Virus record (IMG/VR): IMGVR_UViG_2029527005_000013
Length of the DNA stretch: 64,000 bases
Reading direction: 5' to 3' (one strand)
DNA from: a virus
Below the pieces are notes generated by a model. That model searched no databases, was not told the DNA's origin, and saw only the letters and a list, made by a program, of their open reading frames with translations. Shown here piece after piece: positions 55,663 through 61,802 of this stretch. Every line of letters begins with the position of its first letter. Position 1 is the stretch's first letter. The position numbers were made by a program, and so were the translations under genes.

Positions 55663-57147
55663 TTATCGGCGCATCGAATACATAGTTGGGGCATTTGGTC
55701 GAGGAATAGCGACAGCACGGACGACTTCGGTCTTCTCCAGGAAGTTGATTCCTGATGCCGTGGCATCCGCCCAGTCATCCTTACGGGAACCAGTAGACCG
55801 CTCACCGTTGAAAGACTCAAGTTCTTTCATCAGGGCCGTGTAGGTTTCCAGTGGGAATGACTTCTTAACGATCCGAACAAATCCGTTCTGCGCCAACTGG
55901 GCAAACGGAGAGAAGCGCGTCAGCTTCGATTTGTTACCGGGCGTCGGGTCTTTCTCGACAGTGTACCCTTTCGAAATAAGATCGCGTGAGGACGTGGTGA
56001 ACTCAGAAATACCTGCCTGACCGGGGTCAACAGAGAAGATAACGATCGTGTCGTCACCATCGTGCATCGCCTGTTTCGTGATGATCACATCACGCTCGCC
56101 TGCCTTCTTACAGAAGCGGCCTTCGGTCCCGGTAGACCATTCACCATTGTCTACGAAATCTTCGTGGTAGTCACCGAACAGGTAGTAGAAACCATCCTGA
56201 TCTCGGGCCACACCGATACCTGCGGTAAAGTCGGGGGTCTTGTTCGCAGTTGAGCGCTCAGTACCCGCCTTATCGTAAGCACGGACTTTCGTGACGTTCA
56301 TCGGGAGGCAATCAACCTCTTTCAGGAACTCACGTTTGAAATAGTTTGCACCTTCCGGGCGAGCGTCCCAGTTGCCGTGAAGCAGACGGGCGCGGTCAAC
56401 ATCGTTCAGACCTTCCAACTGGGCAAGGTATTCCGGGTTGTTGATCAGCATCGGAGGGTTGTCGTAAATGGTGGACGAAATGAAGCTGAATGAAACCGGG
56501 CGAGTTTTCTTGCCGTAGCGTTCAATCAGTTCTTCTCTTGTCGCACCCCAGATGTAGTTATCGTCGATACGGACGAACCAGCGAATAACGCCATCCCTTT
56601 CCGGGATCGGGAGTCCTGTCTCGTCGAGATACCAATCGATCAGTTCACGCAGCTTATGATCAGGGTCCGGGTTACAGGAGACGATCATGCGGGAAGGGTA
56701 CTTGGAGTTTGAACGCAAACGAGACATCATGTACTCAAGCTGTTCCCACTCGAACTGAGTTCCTTCGTCAACACCGATCAGGGTAAATTCCAGACCTTGG
56801 ATGTTGTATTTATCCGCGACGTGCTGCATGGATTGCCACTTCACCGTTGCCCCGTTGGGGAACGTTGCAGTCATCTCGTTCTCTTTGAACTTAGGCTTGA
56901 CTGACGGTGGAAGTTGGTTGTAAATGTCCTTGGCTTTATCGAACAGACCGCCCTGACCACGAATCTGAGGCACTGTACGGCGGAACATGATACAAGCTGT
57001 ACGTGGGTCATCGATAATCAGCAGAGGCATTAGCTGGAGCAGATAAGACTTACCTGAACCTGCCGCGCCGCCGATGATAAGGATCTGTGCGTCGGATTCG
57101 AGAACCATCTGTTGCTTACGACTCGCCGGGGCGAAAGTAGCTGACAT
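55663..57147 (-). CDS. terL: terminase large subunit
   Basis: Walker A GGAAGSGKS, Walker B LIGVDEG, SCNPD, C-terminal nuclease KDDWADA; GGAG RBS before ATG 57147. Confidence 0.95.
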   Translation of the reverse strand: MSATFAPASRKQQMVLESDAQILIIGGAAGSGKSYLLQLMPLLIIDDPRTACIMFRRTVPQIRGQGGLFDKAKDIYNQLPPSVKPKFKENEMTATFPNGATVKWQSMQHVADKYNIQGLEFTLIGVDEGTQFEWEQLEYMMSRLRSNSKYPSRMIVSCNPDPDHKLRELIDWYLDETGLPIPERDGVIRWFVRIDDNYIWGATREELIERYGKKTRPVSFSFISSTIYDNPPMLINNPEYLAQLEGLNDVDRARLLHGNWDARPEGANYFKREFLKEVDCLPMNVTKVRAYDKAGTERSTANKTPDFTAGIGVARDQDGFYYLFGDYHEDFVDNGEWSTGTEGRFCKKAGERDVIITKQAMHDGDDTIVIFSVDPGQAGISEFTTSSRDLISKGYTVEKDPTPGNKSKLTRFSPFAQLAQNGFVRIVKKSFPLETYTALMKELESFNGERSTGSRKDDWADATASGINFLEKTEVVRAVAIPRPNAPTMYSMRR

Positions 57148-57187
57148 GTATTCTCCAGAATTAATTTGACATGAGTCATTAGTAGGT

Positions 57188-57198
57188 ATATTATCACA
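57188..57198 (-). promoter_or_regulatory. extended -10 late-type promoter TGTGATAATAT
   Basis: Downstream of a terminator, upstream of terL. Confidence 0.6.
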
Positions 57199-57249
57199 AA
57201 GTGGCCCAAAAGAAAAGGCCCTCCGGTTAGGGAGAGCCTTTTGGCACAA

Positions 57250-57564
57250 TCACTTATCCTTTTCGCAGACTTCCCCAACCGGATCGTGGAAGAGGTTGCA
57301 GACATATTGCTGAAGGTCTTCAAGTCGGCGTTCAACGGTCCCGGCCCGCAGGTTGTTGTTACTCATGACAACTGCGGCTTTACCATCGTCAGTTCCCTTC
57401 TCAAGGTACTGCTTTGGTGGGGCCTTGCGCATCAACTCTCTGTTCGGCTTGTCTACCAGGTCTTCTACCGTGGTGCCTTTGAAGGCCACTTCCGGGATTC
57501 TGTCTTTATCCGCACAACCAGACAGTGCCAGAACCATAAACATCCCGAGAATAAACTTACGCAT
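57250..57564 (-). CDS. o-spanin (Rz1-like outer-membrane lipoprotein)
   Basis: MRKFILGMFMVLALSG-C lipobox; Pro-containing; follows the i-spanin. Confidence 0.85.
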   Translation of the reverse strand: MRKFILGMFMVLALSGCADKDRIPEVAFKGTTVEDLVDKPNRELMRKAPPKQYLEKGTDDGKAAVVMSNNNLRAGTVERRLEDLQQYVCNLFHDPVGEVCEKDK

Positions 57565-57932
57565 TATTCCCCCAGTGAGTCGTTATACAGCTTGATGAAC
57601 TTGTCGTCGAGGCTGTGTTTCTTTGCCTCCGGCGACTGGCTGTATTCCAGTTGCTGTTTGACGATGGCATCACGCTTCTTCTGTTCTTCGATCAGCTTCC
57701 CTTCCGACAAAAGATTCAGCGTGTAGTTCAGCGCCGTGTTCTTGGCCTTCTCGTCGTCAATCATGGCGACGTACTCCTTGCCTTTCTTCTCCCACTGCAC
57801 ATTGGCAGACTGGAAGCCACGGTCATAGGCCGCATCCTCTTTTGTCCCAACGTACCAGTTAAAGGCGAAGAAGATCAGGACTGCGGCTGCGATCCCGATC
57901 AGGTATTGCTTGTACTTGAGAATGAACTTCAT
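57564..57932 (-). CDS. i-spanin (Rz-like)
   Basis: N-terminal TM segment plus periplasmic coiled coil; TAATG overlap with the o-spanin. Confidence 0.85.
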   Translation of the reverse strand: MKFILKYKQYLIGIAAAVLIFFAFNWYVGTKEDAAYDRGFQSANVQWEKKGKEYVAMIDDEKAKNTALNYTLNLLSEGKLIEEQKKRDAIVKQQLEYSQSPEAKKHSLDDKFIKLYNDSLGE

Positions 57933-58612
57933 CAGATTTTCTCCAATGACACCTTAATGCGCTTGATGTTGCCGTATAGGGTTTTTGCAGTGCCCAACCC
58001 CGCAGCTTCTCGTGGATTACAAAACACCCAGAGGCTGGTAAAGTAGTTTGAGTTGTGGGTGTATGGCCCACCAACCCCCACCTTACCCTCCATTCGTGCC
58101 CTAATGGTAGTAGCATTGAGGTACTCAATCCGAAGGTCCTGCATCGTGCTGTCACCGGGAACAGTTGTAGAACCCCCTGATGAAGAAGAAGGGTTAGATA
58201 CAAGGATCATCCCGTAAGATGAGGATTTCGTCATTGAAAATCCCAGGCGGAAAGTATTACCATTGAAGTGACCACCTGTCCCGAAACAAGTTCCTGTAAC
58301 CGGGGACTGAAACTCAATTTGGTATACCAGCTTTTTCCCGGCAGGGATCACGGAAGGCGGTTTAAACCAAGATGAAGACCAGTGGTAGCAATTTCCCGCC
58401 AACGACATAACCTTGCCATATTCAGCATGGTTGATGATCTTGTTGGTATATCCCGCCTGTCCTGCGTAACTGGCTAAGTAACGGGATAGTGTGTTTCCGG
58501 TGATCTGGTCAATCATCACCTCGTCGCCCTCTTCCTGCATTTCTGCATCAAATAGGAAAAGTGGCTCATCATCAGAGGGCATCTTCGCCCCAGCAGTCAA
58601 AAGTTCAAGCAT
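57932..58612 (-). CDS. probable virion accessory protein (beta-sandwich/lectin-like)
   Basis: GGAGG RBS; MLELLTAGAK N-terminus; late-type promoter upstream. Confidence 0.7.
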   Translation of the reverse strand: MLELLTAGAKMPSDDEPLFLFDAEMQEEGDEVMIDQITGNTLSRYLASYAGQAGYTNKIINHAEYGKVMSLAGNCYHWSSSWFKPPSVIPAGKKLVYQIEFQSPVTGTCFGTGGHFNGNTFRLGFSMTKSSSYGMILVSNPSSSSGGSTTVPGDSTMQDLRIEYLNATTIRARMEGKVGVGGPYTHNSNYFTSLWVFCNPREAAGLGTAKTLYGNIKRIKVSLEKI

Positions 58613-58631
58613 TGTGTACCTCCTTTCCATT

Positions 58632-58641
58632 AGTTTACCAC
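58632..58641 (-). promoter_or_regulatory. extended -10 late-type promoter GTGGTAAACT
   Basis: Between the terminator and the RBS of 58612. Confidence 0.5.
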
Positions 58642-58653
58642 TGAAAGCACAAA

Positions 58654-58680
58654 TAAAAAAGCCCTCCGCGAAGGGAGGGC
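58654..58680 (-). terminator. terminator ending the tRNA transcript
   Basis: GCCCTCCC-TTCG-CGGAGGGC followed by a T-tract. Confidence 0.85.
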
Positions 58681-58737
58681 ACTGAGGCGAAGGAGAGGAG
58701 ATATTTGTTCTTATTATAGGAATACTACGAGGGTATT

Positions 58738-58824
58738 TGGCAGAAGAGGAGAGACTTGAACTCTCAAGCCCCGAAGGACTACGGATTAGCAGTCCGTTGC
58801 GGCTACCAGTTTCGCCACTCTTCT
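58738..58824 (-). tRNA. tRNA-Ser(GCT)
   Basis: Cloverleaf; ACGGA-CT-GCT-AA-TCCGT; long variable arm; encoded CCA. Confidence 0.92.
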
Positions 58825-58828
58825 AAAT

Positions 58829-58914
58829 TGGCGGAAGATTGAGGAGTCGAACCCCTGCCCTTTCGGACCCCTCCGGGTTCAAACCGGATTGCCAGCCACT
58901 TAGCGGAATCTTCC
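58829..58914 (-). tRNA. tRNA-Ser(TGA)
   Basis: TCCGG-TT-TGA-AC-CCGGA; long variable arm; GTTCGACTC; CCA. Confidence 0.92.
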
Positions 58915-58920
58915 TGAATT

Positions 58921-58995
58921 TGGCTGGGGTTGCTGGATTCGAACCAACGCATACGGGGATCAAAGCCCCGGGCCTTACCGCTTGGCTAAACCCCA
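58921..58995 (-). tRNA. tRNA-Gln(TTG)
   Basis: CGGGG-CT-TTG-AT-CCCCG; GTTCGAATC; CCA. Confidence 0.95.
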
Positions 58996-59082
58996 GTTGA
59001 GGTGAGATAATCCGGTCACCACGGCAACTTCGATAATTAAAAACCCCGTGATTGTCATTTCTGACCACCCAGGGTGTCATTT

Positions 59083-59159
59083 TGGAGCATCCACTCGGAT
59101 TCGAACCGAGGGTTCCGACTTGGAAGGACGGAGTGTTAGACCGCTGACACTATGGATGC
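59083..59159 (-). tRNA. tRNA-Gly(TCC)
   Basis: CCGTC-CT-TCC-AA-GTCGG (one mismatch); CCA. Confidence 0.9.
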
Positions 59160-59196
59160 TAAACGCTCAGGTCCGAAGAAATCTGAGCCTTGTGTA

Positions 59197-59274
59197 TGGT
59201 ACTCCAGGAGAGATTCGAACTCGTCACTGACATGAACCTAAATCAAGTGCCTCTACCAATTGGGCTACTGGAGC
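59197..59274 (-). tRNA. tRNA-Leu(TAG), short variable arm
   Basis: CTTGA-TT-TAG-GT-TCATG; GTTCGAATC; A73-CCA. Confidence 0.88.
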
Positions 59275-59280
59275 AATATT

Positions 59281-59358
59281 TGGTCGGTGTAGCAGGATTC
59301 GAACCTGCGGACCCCTCGGTCCCAAACCGAGTGCTCTACCAAACTGAGCTACACACCG
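59281..59358 (-). tRNA. tRNA-Pro(TGG)
   Basis: CTCGG-TT-TGG-GA-CCGAG; CCA. Confidence 0.95.
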
Positions 59359-59364
59359 TGAAAG

Positions 59365-59471
59365 TGGTTTTGAGATGGGAGTCCGGGTCCTGTACAGCCT
59401 AACCTGTTGTCAATTGGCAGCTATCGCGCGATTCGCACTTCCGACACAGGATTTAACTGTTACACCTCAAA
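59365..59471 (-). ncRNA. candidate tRNA-like structured RNA (ACCA end, no normal anticodon arm)
   Basis: TTTGAGGTG/CATCTCAAA terminal stem plus ACCA; nested ACAG/CTGT and CCTGT/ACAGG stems. Confidence 0.5.
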
Positions 59472-59473
59472 GA

Positions 59474-59551
59474 TGGCACACCCAACGAGACTCGAACTCG
59501 TATTTCCCAGCGTGAAAGGCTGGCGTCCTATTCCAATTAGACGATAGGTGC
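59474..59551 (-). tRNA. tRNA-Glu(TTC)
   Basis: CCAGC-CT-TTC-AC-GCTGG; CCA. Confidence 0.95.
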
Positions 59552-59559
59552 TTTAAAGC

Positions 59560-59634
59560 TGGCTGATCTACCTGGATTCGAACCAGGGTAAACGGATTAA
59601 CAGTCCGCCGTAATAACCGCTATACGATAGATCA
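59560..59634 (-). tRNA. tRNA-Asn(GTT)
   Basis: GCGGA-CT-GTT-AA-TCCGT; CCA. Confidence 0.95.
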
Positions 59635-59639
59635 AAAAT

Positions 59640-59810
59640 AGGGTGCGCCCCTTCTGCTGTGGTTGGCAGAGATCCAGAACACAGTTATACTGTGGGAGGA
59701 ACAATGCCCCAGGGAGCTTCAGTTGGACGACTTGCGGCTGTACTACCATCTGGGCTGAGTGGTTGCCTTTTAGGCTCCAGCATTTACCAGCTTGGCACCG
59801 CTTCCTCTTC
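59640..59810 (-). ncRNA. candidate structured RNA between tRNA-Lys and tRNA-Asn
   Basis: Nested GAGGAA/TTCCTC, GTGCC/GGCAT, GGAGC/GCTCC and TCAG/CTGA stems plus two hairpins. Confidence 0.4.
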
Positions 59811-59887
59811 TGGTGGGCCGTCAGGGATTCGAACCCCGAACCTATCGCTTAAAAGGCGAGTGCTGCTAACCGTTGAGCTAACGACCC
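59811..59887 (-). tRNA. tRNA-Lys(TTT)
   Basis: TCGC-CT-TTT-AA-GCGA; GTTCGAATC; CCA. Confidence 0.95.
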
Positions 59888-59892
59888 GAATT

Positions 59893-59974
59893 TGGTGGAG
59901 CCGGGTGGATTCGAACCACCGTGTGGGATACCCGATTTACAGTCAGGCGCATTCGACCGCTCTGCCACGTCTCC
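59893..59974 (-). tRNA. tRNA-Tyr(GTA)
   Basis: CCTGA-CT-GTA-AA-TCGGG; extended variable arm; CCA. Confidence 0.93.
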
Positions 59975-59977
59975 AAA

Positions 59978-60118
59978 TTCTCTTTTGTTCGGCTCACCTG
60001 ACATCCATGAGGCTGCGCCACCTCATATAGACCTTATTCGCTAGACCGCCCCGTTGTACACCGTGACTATCCTGCGAGTTCGTTAACAGATGCCCGACAA
60101 AAGAGAACTTCTTAACAA
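59978..60118 (-). ncRNA. candidate ~140-nt RNA closed by a long terminal stem
   Basis: TTCTCTTTTGT/ACAAAAGAGAA 11-bp stem continued by CGG/CCG and CATCTG/CAGGTG; internal ATGAGG/CCTCAT hairpin. Confidence 0.45.
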
Positions 60119-60135
60119 AGGCCCCTTCGGGGCCT
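60117..60135 (-). terminator. terminator hairpin after 60135..60509
   Basis: GGCCCC-GAA-GGGGCC followed by TTTGTT. Confidence 0.65.
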
Positions 60136-60509
60136 TAATCTTCACCTTCTGCCATCTTGTACTCCCGGATCTCTTTCGTGATGGGGATCGCTGCTTTGAT
60201 CTCATCAGATGTTCCGGCATGAGTAGAAGAACTTGCTGAAGTCGTGCCGCCAGCGGCCTCGTCTTCGTTATCCTCTGCGGTGTAGAGATTGTGAACCTCT
60301 TTCGCCTGCTCAAGGATGTACTTAGCCGTGGTCTCTTTAACTTTCTCGGTGCCCGTAGTGAGCAGACCTTCGAGAGTCTTCAGAGCTTGCGGCGTCAGAC
60401 GGGCTAGTTCGCCACGAGCAGAGATGATTGCCTTTTCAAGAGCAATCGCCGTGCTTTCTTCGCGGCTGGGACGGCCTCGCTTACGAGTAACAATCGCAGC
60501 TTTGGTCAT
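60135..60509 (-). CDS. DNA-binding protein with an AT-hook-like motif; candidate terminase small subunit
   Basis: RKRGRPS; ALKTLEGLL....EKVKETTAKYILE helical motif; own promoter. Confidence 0.6.
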   Translation of the reverse strand: MTKAAIVTRKRGRPSREESTAIALEKAIISARGELARLTPQALKTLEGLLTTGTEKVKETTAKYILEQAKEVHNLYTAEDNEDEAAGGTTSASSSTHAGTSDEIKAAIPITKEIREYKMAEGED

Positions 60510-60539
60510 AAAGCCCCCTGTTTTCTAATCAGTTTATAC

Positions 60540-60568
60540 ATCTTAGCAGTTAAACCGACATTAGTCAA
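60540..60568 (-). promoter_or_regulatory. sigma70-type promoter
   Basis: TTGACT-N17-TAAGAT. Confidence 0.75.
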
Positions 60569-60584
60569 CAGGTTACATTAAATT

Positions 60585-60661
60585 TGGTGCGCCTTCCCAG
60601 ATTCGAACTGGGAACCCCTGCCGTTTGAAAGCAGTGCCTCTGCCAATTGGACTAAAGGCGC
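60585..60661 (-). tRNA. tRNA-Leu(CAA), short variable arm
   Basis: CTGCT-TT-CAA-AC-GGCAG; GTTCGAATC; A73-CCA. Confidence 0.9.
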
Positions 60662-60918
60662 AGACCTCTCAGCAAGTCCGGTAGCTTTACACTCCGGGGG
60701 AGAGAGGAATGGGCAGAGGACGTATGCCCGTGGGGTTGACTTCCCCTTCTCGTCCAGCAATTGCCTGTTTTGCGTCACGGGTGTCTTTCGACAAAAGCAA
60801 CCGTCGCTATTCCGAGGCAAGTCGATGGAGCCGCTGTCTTCCGGCTGAACTGGCCCAACGTCATCGCAGAGGGTCCACTTAATCCATCCACCTACTTGAT
60901 TGTCATCTCGTTCGGGAC
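60662..60918 (-). ncRNA. candidate ~255-nt multi-domain structured RNA
   Basis: Many complementary stems, a GAAA tetraloop and a possible pseudoknot; no RBS-led ORF; own promoter. Confidence 0.55.
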
Positions 60919-60924
60919 ATTTTC

Positions 60925-60953
60925 AGATTACCTGTAGAACTATTCTTTGTCAA
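60925..60953 (-). promoter_or_regulatory. strong sigma70-type promoter for the ncRNA-tRNA-Leu transcript
   Basis: TTGACA-N17-TAATCT. Confidence 0.8.
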
Positions 60954-61110
60954 CAGGCTTTTTACCGTTTGCACAAAGATTGCACATGATTGTTCGTTTT
61001 GGGCCGAGATACTGGTGACCGCAGACGAAGCAAAGGCAGATGTAACCCTTATACTCGTGGTTCCGGGGGTTATCCTCCCCCGGCAGGTGGTTAAAGGTCC
61101 GGGCGCTCAT
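60940..61110 (-). CDS. small zinc-finger protein (56 aa)
   Basis: CLCFVCGH...MCNLC; ATG overlaps the upstream peptide ORF. Confidence 0.65.
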   Translation of the reverse strand: MSARTFNHLPGEDNPRNHEYKGYICLCFVCGHQYLGPKRTIMCNLCANGKKPVDKE

Positions 61111-61183
61111 CGAACACATCCACGTCTTCAGCGGAACGGATACCTTCACCCCATCCGGTCAGGAAATCATACTCGTCAAACAT
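61091..61183 (-). CDS. 30-aa acidic micropeptide (MFDEYDFLTGWGEGIRSAEDVDVFDERPDL)
   Basis: Translated by hand; GAGGAG RBS 7 nt upstream; paralogous to the neighbouring peptide. Confidence 0.65.
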   Translation of the reverse strand: MFDEYDFLTGWGEGIRSAEDVDVFDERPDL

Positions 61184-61265
61184 CCCAGTTCTCCTCTCCG
61201 AGGCCCCAGTCTTCCTCACGGCTGATGCCTTCCCCGTAGCCAATCACTAATTCAGTGCTGTTCAT
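61176..61265 (-). CDS. 29-aa acidic micropeptide (MNSTELVIGYGEGISREEDWGLGEENWDV)
   Basis: Translated by hand; GGAGG RBS; ATGA overlap with the upstream gene. Confidence 0.65.
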   Translation of the reverse strand: MNSTELVIGYGEGISREEDWGLGEENWDV

Positions 61266-61495
61266 TTGACCTCCCCTGCGAAAGTAGCCTTCACTTTGGT
61301 TTTGCCTGCGTCGCCCATGTTCCTGTTCAGAATGTCTTCCATTGCTGCCGGGAATCGGGCGTCTGCCAGGGCGTATACGAGATCTGGACCAGAGATACCG
61401 TCCAGCTTTTTGATTTCTTCGACCAAGCCCGCATCTTCTGACAGGAAATGGTCATCATCAACGTCGATGGTTACCACGTACTGAAACTTCCTCAT
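61262..61495 (-). CDS. hypothetical protein
   Basis: GGAGGAG RBS; ATGA coupling. Confidence 0.75.
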   Translation of the reverse strand: MRKFQYVVTIDVDDDHFLSEDAGLVEEIKKLDGISGPDLVYALADARFPAAMEDILNRNMGDAGKTKVKATFAGEVK

Positions 61496-61743
61496 TCTTC
61501 CTCCTTCAGGATAGAGAGTTTATACCGCGAGGTCGAATCAACCTCATTGGGATAATAGGAGTATAGGTGATTACCGTCACCGAAGTCAACCTTCTTCCAA
61601 TCTTCCAGTGGGAAGCCTACGGTACTGAAGGCTAAGTCGTCAGCCTCTTCGATGGCATCTTGCAGGGATTGGAAACGTTCAGTGTGTTCTTCGGAGGTGT
61701 AATCGGGGGTAACAAAGCTGAGAGTGAGTTTGAAAGGATTCAT
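61492..61743 (-). CDS. hypothetical protein
   Basis: Acidic 83 aa. Confidence 0.7.
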   Translation of the reverse strand: MNPFKLTLSFVTPDYTSEEHTERFQSLQDAIEEADDLAFSTVGFPLEDWKKVDFGDGNHLYSYYPNEVDSTSRYKLSILKEEE

Positions 61744-61802
61744 AAGTCCAACAGTAAGTTAATCAAGTGATATGGTCATTTTACTGGAGGACTTGATGAT
61801 AG

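Noticed and set aside
55663-57147. Intron or intein in terL or in the DNA polymerase
   Set aside because: Both frames are continuous, with all expected motifs in order and no splicing-motif insertions recognised.
57250-57932. An endolysin next to the spanins or in the tape measure
   Set aside because: No lysozyme, amidase or peptidase motif was recognised in the window; the endolysin is presumably encoded elsewhere.
59163-59190. TCAGGTCCGAAGAA on the plus strand resembles the SRP 4.5S domain IV
   Set aside because: It is only a 27-nt hairpin, on the opposite strand to the tRNA transcript. On the minus strand it is an ordinary cTTCGg-capped spacer hairpin of the kind this phage uses often.
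59780-59810. HDV-like (theta) ribozyme directly 3' of tRNA-Lys
   Set aside because: A G follows the CCA, but the P1 partner is not followed by the GG/P4/J4-2 arrangement by eye. Left for an Infernal check rather than called.
60585-60661. Reading the tRNA anticodon as TCA (selenocysteine or opal suppressor)
   Set aside because: The 5-bp stem CTGCT/GGCAG places CAA at positions 34-36; the TCA register breaks the stem, and no Sec-type long arms are present.
60578-60820. 80-aa minus-strand ORF through the structured leader
   Set aside because: It has a TTG start without an SD and runs through tRNA-Leu; the region's pairing pattern explains it better.
58690-60960. Pseudo-ToxI tandem repeats as in phage phiTE
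   Set aside because: No tandem ~36-nt repeat is visible in the non-coding stretches of this window.
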